From Candidatus Arthromitus sp. SFB-rat-Yit (lineage in GTDB: Bacteria > Bacillota > Clostridia > Clostridiales > Clostridiaceae): 32,000 nucleotides of DNA. Shown one piece after another: positions 17,766 to 23,261 of this stretch (its first letter is position 1; each line of letters opens with the position of its first letter). Below the pieces are notes generated by a model. It saw nothing but the letters and a program-made list of their open reading frames with translations. It searched no databases and was not told the origin of the DNA. Location of the stretch: the NCBI RefSeq assembly GCF_000283555.1, contig NC_016012.1, forward strand, positions 1,020,001 to 1,052,000, given 5' to 3'. The translations under genes and the position numbers were made by a program.

Positions 17766-18851
17766 TTAAATTTTCAATCCTAGTTCATTCATCAATCTTA
17801 CATATTCTTCACAAATTAACATCTGTTTTAAAACATCTTGGCGTGATGTCCTTTTAACTTCACTAACCCAATATTTCTTACCATCCTCATCTGGGTCACG
17901 ATTCAGTATAACTCTATAAACTCTGTTTATAAACTCACCATTAGACATTAATTTATTTTGAAATTCAATGCCCTCAACGATATTTACAATCAATGTACTT
18001 GGTGACAATGTTTTATTGATTAATGCTTGTACATTATTTTTCAACTCCGTAGTAGTTGGATTTCTTTTCAGTAAACTACTATAAATGTTCATTACAAATT
18101 CTTCTATAATATCCTTGGTACTAAAATTATATAGAAATGTTTTATTAATTTTTTTAATGGAAACACCATCCAATTCATTTTGAAATAACAAACTTAAGTT
18201 AAATTTTAAAGGCTGATCAGACGGAAATCCATCAAGATATATGTACACGTATTGTTTAAGTTCTTCAGATACCACAACATATTTTATTTCAAAAGTCGTA
18301 CTAGAATTGGTCACTAACTCTGGATACACAAGTACAGATTGTACACTTTTAAGCATATCCCAAGGGTCATCTATTTCAACCGCTAAAACTATTTGATTTT
18401 GGTTATAATATAGGAGTCTTGGCTCTCCAATAACACTCGAAGATCTAAAATTTTCATTTTTGGCACTTAACGTTGCAATTTCTTTTATACTCTCTTGTGA
18501 CCTATTTACAACGAAATTCACACCTAATTTTACATTATCCATATCATAAGATTTTGTATTTTGGTTAATAATTATAATGTATTTATTTTCAGAAATCTGA
18601 TATGTACTAACAGGCGTAATCTTATTATCAACTTCGATGAAGAACTCTTTAATAACTCCATCTACTTTTTTCTCAACATCCACACTAAATATAAATCTAT
18701 TTTTACCAGATAACTCTTCTAGAAACTTAGTCTTAACAATAACATCCTTGCTATCAATTGCATTTGCTTTTGTTCCACAAACTAGAGCAAATAGTACTAC
18801 GAACATAGACATAAATAAAGTAAATAATTTATGTTTACATTTAAACAACAA
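17766..18851 (-). CDS. Secreted protein with a C-terminal tandem DUF4214 pair
   Basis: Signal peptide ...FVVLFALVCGTKANA/IDSKD. The C-terminus is FVMNIYSSLLKRNPTTTE...RVYRVILNRDPDEDGKKYWVSEV...EEYVRLMNELGLKI, homologous to the C-terminus of the 1471-aa protein. TTG start after a G6 RBS. Confidence 0.75.
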   Translation of the reverse strand: MLFKCKHKLFTLFMSMFVVLFALVCGTKANAIDSKDVIVKTKFLEELSGKNRFIFSVDVEKKVDGVIKEFFIEVDNKITPVSTYQISENKYIIIINQNTKSYDMDNVKLGVNFVVNRSQESIKEIATLSAKNENFRSSSVIGEPRLLYYNQNQIVLAVEIDDPWDMLKSVQSVLVYPELVTNSSTTFEIKYVVVSEELKQYVYIYLDGFPSDQPLKFNLSLLFQNELDGVSIKKINKTFLYNFSTKDIIEEFVMNIYSSLLKRNPTTTELKNNVQALINKTLSPSTLIVNIVEGIEFQNKLMSNGEFINRVYRVILNRDPDEDGKKYWVSEVKRTSRQDVLKQMLICEEYVRLMNELGLKI

Positions 18852-18980
18852 ATTCCCCCCATTTACTTATTGATTTATTACAATTATATAACATTTGTGA
18901 CAATTTTTCTATAAATAATTTACAAATCAATTATTAATTATAAACCTTATATATACTTTAATTAATTTATTAAAATTGTA

Positions 18981-19009
18981 TTGAAATTTAAGAATGCTTC
19001 CGATATAAT
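18981..19009 (+). promoter_or_regulatory. Consensus sigma-A promoter of the rubrerythrin gene
   Basis: TTGAAA (18981..18986), an exactly 17-nt spacer, then TATAAT (19004..19009). Confidence 0.7.
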
Positions 19010-19022
19010 AATAATTGTTAAT

Positions 19023-19037
19023 TGATAATTATTAACT
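19023..19037 (+). promoter_or_regulatory. Fur-family (PerR/Fur-like) 7-1-7 operator candidate
   Basis: TGATAAT-T-ATTAACT lies just downstream of the -10. It matches 12 of 14 positions of TGATAATnATTATCA and 10 of 14 of the PerR box TTATAATnATTATAA. AT-rich background lowers the significance. Confidence 0.4.
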
Positions 19038-19077
19038 TATTTTTGAATAATTATTTTATATTTTGGAGGTTTTTGTA

Positions 19078-19620
19078 ATGAAAAAATTTGTTTGTACAAT
19101 ATGTGGATACATAGCTGAGGGGTCTGCTCCAGAGGTTTGTCCTATCTGTAAAGCACCAGCTGATAAATTTAATGAGCAAACTGGGGATATGACTTGGGCA
19201 GATGACCATGTAATTGGTGTTGCTAAAGATGTTGATCCTAGAATTATAGAAGGATTAAGAATGAATTTTGAAGCTGAGTGTACAGAAGTTGGAATGTATC
19301 TAGCAATGTCCAGACAAGCTGATAGAGAAGGTTTCCCAGAAGTTGCTGAAGCTTATAAAAGAATAGCTATAGAAGAAGCTGAGCATGCTTCTAAGTTCGC
19401 TGAGCTTTTAGGAGAAGTTGTTGACAACTCTACTAAAATTAACTTAGAGAAAAGAGTTGCTGCTGAGTATGGAGCTTGTCAAGGTAAAAAAGATTTAGCT
19501 ACATTAGCTAAACAATTAAACTTAGATGCTATTCATGACACAGTTCATGAAATGTGTAAAGATGAAGCTAGACACGGAAGAGCATTCAAAGGTCTTCTTG
19601 AGAGATACTTCAAAGCTTAA
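19078..19620 (+). CDS. rbr: Reverse rubrerythrin (N-terminal rubredoxin-like domain plus C-terminal diiron four-helix bundle)
   Basis: [27 protein letters not shown] carries CxxC...CxxC. Diiron ligand motifs follow ([28 protein letters not shown]). ATG 19078 lies after GGAGG 19065..19069. Confidence 0.92.
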   Translation: MKKFVCTICGYIAEGSAPEVCPICKAPADKFNEQTGDMTWADDHVIGVAKDVDPRIIEGLRMNFEAECTEVGMYLAMSRQADREGFPEVAEAYKRIAIEEAEHASKFAELLGEVVDNSTKINLEKRVAAEYGACQGKKDLATLAKQLNLDAIHDTVHEMCKDEARHGRAFKGLLERYFKA

Positions 19621-19630
19621 TTTATATTTA

Positions 19631-19669
19631 GAACTCATTGATTTATTCAATGGGTTCTTTTGTTTTTTG
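19631..19669 (+). terminator. Rubrerythrin terminator
   Basis: GAACTCATTG-ATTTATT-CAATGGGTTC (one G-U pair in the stem) followed by TTTTGTTTTTTG. Confidence 0.75.
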
Positions 19670-19807
19670 TTCTCTCCCTTACTAATAATTTCTTTGTTAA
19701 ATTTTATGTGATATGTATATTAAGTTTTAAAATTTCATTTCGATATAAATTCATATATATCAACTTAAAATTGTTTGAAATTTATTACTCTTATGGGAGA
19801 AATCAAT

Positions 19808-20731
19808 ATGAAAAATTCGGAAAATAAAATTAAAAAGCAAAATGATTCGAGAGCATTTGCTTATAAGGCAATCTCACTTGCCTCTTTATCTACTCTAGCA
19901 CTAACCCTAGGATTAAATAACTTCAAAGAAGCCAAGGCTTTACTTACAAGAACAGGAACTACAAAATTCTTTGGATCAAATGGTTCTAAAGTTATGCTTC
20001 CGGGTAATATGGGATCTACTGGAAATACAGGATACGGTATTAAATCAGCAGTTACTGGTGGGGCTACAAAAGTTACTGGCGGAGCTCTTACAAGTGGTAG
20101 CAAAGGATTTGCAAACTTCAATAAAAAATGCCATAATCCATTTACTCAACCATACCTAGATTCTGTTAGACCATCTAACACTAGTAACGTAGGATCCTCT
20201 AATAAAAATACTTCTACAAAATCTCCTACTACTAGCGGAACTAATGGTACATCTAAACTTCCTACTACTGGATCAGGCTCAACACTTGGTTCAAATAAAA
20301 CTCCTTCTATAGGAAGTTCATCATCTAGTTCATCTTCATCTTTATCATCTTCATTAAGTAGAAATCCTTCTACAAGTAGTTCATCTTCTACTAGTTCATC
20401 TACATCATCTACGTTAAGTAGACCTTCTACAAGTGGATCAGTAGGTGTATATGAAAATCCTACAGATACTAACAACAATACTAATGGTAATAAAAATAAA
20501 CTTACTCCTAAACAAAAAGCTGGATTAGTTGCAGCAGGTAGTTTAGGTTTCTTAGGAGTACTTGCTGCTATTGGTGTAGGTGTTGGTGCTGCTCAAAATA
20601 GTAACAACAATAAGTCAGATTCAAACGGTACTAAAGGACCTGAGTCTGTAGCTACTCCAAAAACTCCAGAAAACACAAATAAAGTAGTTAACTCTGCCGC
20701 AGGTAACTATTACACAGATACAAAAGCGTAA
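19808..20731 (+). CDS. Ser-rich bitopic surface protein (signal peptide, Ser/Thr/Gly stalk, glycine-zipper TM near the C-terminus)
   Basis: ATG 19808 lies after GGGAGA. Signal peptide MKNSENKIKKQNDSRAFAYKAISLASLSTLALTLGLNNFKEAKA/LLTR. Poly-Ser tracts are present. The TM segment is GLVAAGSLGFLGVLAAIGVGVGAA, followed by a tail of about 50 aa. Confidence 0.75.
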   Translation: MKNSENKIKKQNDSRAFAYKAISLASLSTLALTLGLNNFKEAKALLTRTGTTKFFGSNGSKVMLPGNMGSTGNTGYGIKSAVTGGATKVTGGALTSGSKGFANFNKKCHNPFTQPYLDSVRPSNTSNVGSSNKNTSTKSPTTSGTNGTSKLPTTGSGSTLGSNKTPSIGSSSSSSSSSLSSSLSRNPSTSSSSSTSSSTSSTLSRPSTSGSVGVYENPTDTNNNTNGNKNKLTPKQKAGLVAAGSLGFLGVLAAIGVGVGAAQNSNNNKSDSNGTKGPESVATPKTPENTNKVVNSAAGNYYTDTKA

Positions 20732-20769
20732 TTACTTAACAATTCTCTTTTAAGGTAAGGGTGATTATT

Positions 20770-21093
20770 ATGAATAACTCAAACAAAAATAATACTAAAG
20801 ATATCACTAAGAAAGCCGTAGCTATTGGAACTGCACTCGGTGTAGTTGCAACCCTCGGAGCAAACCTAAATGTTAAAGAAGCTGGAGCTCGCACTCGTAA
20901 CACTAAACCAAATAAAGAATCTAGAGTAAACTCAGACAAGAAATTTTCGTACACTAAAAGACCTTGGACAAATGTAGATAAAGCAAATGCTCAAAGTTCA
21001 GAAGGATACGCAGCAAAAAATAAAGAAGAACGAAAAACTTCTAGTAATAGAAAAATAAGAGTTCCTGTTAGCGTTTCGACTGCAAGAAGATAG
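20770..21093 (+). CDS. Small basic exported protein, family member P1 (107 aa)
   Basis: MNNSNKNNTKDITKKAVAIGTALGVVATLGANLNVKEAGA/RTRN..., ending RVPVSVSTARR. It starts 38 nt after the upstream stop with no hairpin between, so it is probably co-transcribed. Confidence 0.7.
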   Translation: MNNSNKNNTKDITKKAVAIGTALGVVATLGANLNVKEAGARTRNTKPNKESRVNSDKKFSYTKRPWTNVDKANAQSSEGYAAKNKEERKTSSNRKIRVPVSVSTARR

Positions 21094-21102
21094 TTTATAT
21101 AA

Positions 21103-21139
21103 GGGGATACCTCTTCGAGGTTTCCCTATTTTCTTTTTT
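21103..21139 (+). terminator. Terminator after P1 (part of the 730-bp repeat unit)
   Basis: GGGGATACCTC-TTC-GAGGTTTCCCT (one T-T mismatch) followed by ATTTTCTTTTTT. Confidence 0.6.
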
Positions 21140-21268
21140 GTCAATTAATTTTAAATTTTTTTGCAACTTAAATATAAATTTTCCTTTTACCTCACCGAAA
21201 TATATGATTGTAAAGCTTATAACAAAAATTTTTATAGGATTGTTTTTCAAACAAGGAGGTATTTTATA

Positions 21269-21823
21269 ATGAGTAATTCATCTAAAAAAAATAATAAGAA
21301 AGATATCGCTAAAAAGGCTGTAGCCCTTGGTGCTGCTCTTGGTGTTGTTGCTGGTATCGGTGCTACTATGGGTGGTGGTGCTGAAGAAGCTCATGCTGCT
21401 AGAAGACCTTCCCAATCTTCTACTACAACTACTAACTCTGAACAAAGTACAACTACTACTAAAAGACCTTCTTCTAACGCTTCATCTGCAAATACTACAG
21501 GAACTTCTTCTAGAACTACAAGAAGTTCAGCTAACAGAAAAGTTTCTGCTAAGGTAGCTGATGCTAAAACTACTACAGATACTACTACAGAGGATACAAC
21601 AACTAGTACAAGTACTGGAAGAAGATCTACTACTTCAACTTCAAGTACTGGAAGAACTACAACTAACAAACAAGAAGATGCTAAGAAGTCTACTTCTCAC
21701 TCTTCTGTAAGTTCTAAAAGGTCTAAGTCTAAAGCTCAACAAAATAAAGATATGGCTTCAAGGTCTTCATCAACTGAGAAAACAAATAAAGTCGTTGTTA
21801 GCGTTTCAACTGCAAGAAAGTAG
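21269..21823 (+). CDS. Small basic Ser/Thr-rich exported protein, family member P2 (184 aa)
   Basis: ATG 21269 lies after AAGGAGG. MSNSSKKNNKKDIAKKAVALGAALGVVAGIGATMGGGAEEAHA/ARRP..., ending KVVVSVSTARK. The ORF-track extension back to 21161 has no RBS support. Confidence 0.8.
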   Translation: MSNSSKKNNKKDIAKKAVALGAALGVVAGIGATMGGGAEEAHAARRPSQSSTTTTNSEQSTTTTKRPSSNASSANTTGTSSRTTRSSANRKVSAKVADAKTTTDTTTEDTTTSTSTGRRSTTSTSSTGRTTTNKQEDAKKSTSHSSVSSKRSKSKAQQNKDMASRSSSTEKTNKVVVSVSTARK

Positions 21824-21832
21824 TTTATATAA

Positions 21833-21869
21833 GGGGATACCTCTTCGAGGTTTCCCTATTTTCTTTTTT
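21833..21869 (+). terminator. Terminator after P2 (copy of 21103..21139)
   Basis: The sequence is identical to 21103..21139 at offset 730. Confidence 0.6.
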
Positions 21870-21998
21870 GTCAATTAATTTTAAATTTTTTTGCAACTTA
21901 AATATAAATTTTCCTTTTACCTCACCGAAATATATGATTGTAAAGCTTATAACAAAAATTTTTATAGGATTGTTTTTCAAACAAGGAGGTATTTTATA

Positions 21999-22553
21999 AT
22001 GAGTAATTCATCTAAAAAAAATAATAAGAAAGATATCGCTAAAAAGGCTGTAGCCCTTGGTGCTGCTCTTGGTGTTGTTGCTGGTATCGGTGCTACTATG
22101 GGTGGTGGTGCTGAAGAAGCTCATGCTGCTAGAAGACCTTCCCAATCTTCTACTACAACTACTAACTCTGAACAAAGTACAACTACTACTAAAAGACCTT
22201 CTTCTAACGCTTCATCTGCAAATACTACAGGAACTTCTTCTAGAACTACAAGAAGTTCAGCTAACAGAAAGGTTTCTGCTAAGGTAGCTGATGCTAAAAC
22301 TACTACAGATACTACTACAGAAGAGGCAACAACTAGTACAAGTACTGGAAGAAGATCTACTACTTCAACTTCAAGTACTGGAAGAACTACAACTAACAAA
22401 CAAGAAGATGCTAAGAAGTCTACTTCTCACTCTTCTGTAAGTTCTAAAAGGTCTAAGTCTAAAGCTCAACAAAATAAAGATATGGCTTCAAGGTCTTCAT
22501 CAACTGAGAAAACAAATAAAGTCGTTGTTAGCGTTTCAACTGCAAGAAAATAA
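21999..22553 (+). CDS. Small basic Ser/Thr-rich exported protein, family member P3 (184 aa, duplicate of P2)
   Basis: It differs from P2 by two residues (TEDTT versus TEEAT) and has the same RBS and start context. Confidence 0.8.
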   Translation: MSNSSKKNNKKDIAKKAVALGAALGVVAGIGATMGGGAEEAHAARRPSQSSTTTTNSEQSTTTTKRPSSNASSANTTGTSSRTTRSSANRKVSAKVADAKTTTDTTTEEATTSTSTGRRSTTSTSSTGRTTTNKQEDAKKSTSHSSVSSKRSKSKAQQNKDMASRSSSTEKTNKVVVSVSTARK

Positions 22554-22559
22554 TTTAAT

Positions 22560-22581
22560 GGACACTGAAAAGTGTCCTTTT
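22560..22581 (+). terminator. Terminator after P3
   Basis: GGACACT-GAAA-AGTGTCC followed by TTTT. Confidence 0.65.
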
Positions 22582-22625
22582 AATATAATGTAACGGATTT
22601 TCTAAACATGGAGGTGTATTTAGAA

Positions 22626-23174
22626 GTGTCTAATAAAAAGAATAAAAAAGAAATAGCTAAAAAGGCTGTTGCCTTAGGTGCTGCTCTTGGAGTTGTCGCT
22701 GGTATAGGTGCTAGCATAGGGGGAGGAGCTGAAGAGGCTCATGCTGCTAGTAGAACATCCCAAACAAGATCAACCAGAAATACAAACACTTCAACTTCTA
22801 CATCAAAAAGACCAACATCAAATGCTAAGACAAGCGTATCAAAAGAAAATAGTGAAACAGAAAGCAAATCAAACCAAAACTCTAGAAATTATAGAAGCAA
22901 ATTAAGCTCAACTTCAAGGAGTGGTAGTGAAGACGAATCTTCAAATAGAAGAAGAAGTAAAGCTAAAGTAATATCAAATTCTAATGCTGAAGTTGAGAAT
23001 GAACAAAATGATGAAAATACTACATCAAAAAGACCTACCCCTAAATCATATAAAAGTATAGATGATAAGAAACAAAACTCAAAAGCAATAGTCGATGGGA
23101 GTAGATCATCTGCATCAACAGATGAAAGTTCATCAGGCAATAAAATTATAGTCAGAATATCAACAAAGAAATAA
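22626..23174 (+). CDS. Small basic exported protein, family member P4 (182 aa)
   Basis: A GTG start at 22626, 11 nt after GGAGG (22610..22614), gives (M)SNKKNKKEIAKKAVALGAALGVVAGIGASIGGGAEEAHA/ASRT, which is collinear with P1 to P3. The protein ends KIIVRISTKK. Confidence 0.7.
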   Translation: MSNKKNKKEIAKKAVALGAALGVVAGIGASIGGGAEEAHAASRTSQTRSTRNTNTSTSTSKRPTSNAKTSVSKENSETESKSNQNSRNYRSKLSSTSRSGSEDESSNRRRSKAKVISNSNAEVENEQNDENTTSKRPTPKSYKSIDDKKQNSKAIVDGSRSSASTDESSSGNKIIVRISTKK

Positions 23175-23182
23175 TGTTTAAA

Positions 23183-23220
23183 AACAGCATTCTTATTTAT
23201 AGGTTTGCTGTTTATTTTTA
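23183..23220 (+). terminator. Possible terminator after P4
   Basis: AACAGCA/TGCTGTT forms a 7-bp stem with a 16-nt loop, followed by TATTTTTAT. Confidence 0.45.
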
Positions 23221-23221
23221 T

Positions 23222-23256
23222 ACAAAAACTAAAATGGAGAAGCATTAAGCTTCTCC
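23222..23256 (-). terminator. Terminator of the 1471-aa protein gene
   Basis: GGAGAAGC/GCTTCTCC forms an 8-bp stem with a 5-nt loop, followed by ATTTTAGTTTTTG on the - strand. Confidence 0.7.
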
Positions 23257-23261
23257 AAAAA

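Larger units (their letters stand above)
21066..22549 (+). repeat. Tandem direct duplication with a 730-bp period, two full units plus the shared junction
   Basis: Base-by-base comparison at offset 730 found differences only at 21541/22271, 21592/22322, 21595/22325, 21596/22326 and at the last codon plus stop. Each unit carries a terminator, a leader with RBS, and a complete 184-aa CDS. Confidence 0.95.

Noticed and set aside
21161-21268. The ORF-track N-terminal extensions of P2 and P3 (MQLKYKFSFYLTEIYDCKAYNK..., also at 21891..21998), and similar extensions at 19063, 19775, 20761 and 22608.
   Set aside because: The extensions begin at non-ATG codons with no Shine-Dalgarno sequence. Strong GGAGG-type sites precede the internal starts. 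The internal starts also give collinear N-termini across the paralogs.
19861-22399. Antisense or out-of-frame ORFs overlap the small-protein cluster (19861..20121 -, 19971..20159 +, 20146..20478 -, 20736..20954 -, 21327..21557 +, 21391..21669 -, 22057..22287 +, 22121..22399 -).
   Set aside because: It is the same low-complexity mirror effect. They are duplicated only because the underlying DNA is duplicated, and they have no start context.
21066-22549. The direct repeats could have been a CRISPR array or the ends of a mobile element.
   Set aside because: The period is 730 bp and contains a full gene. There are no short repeat-spacer units. The window has no cas genes, transposase or integrase, and no inverted terminal repeats.
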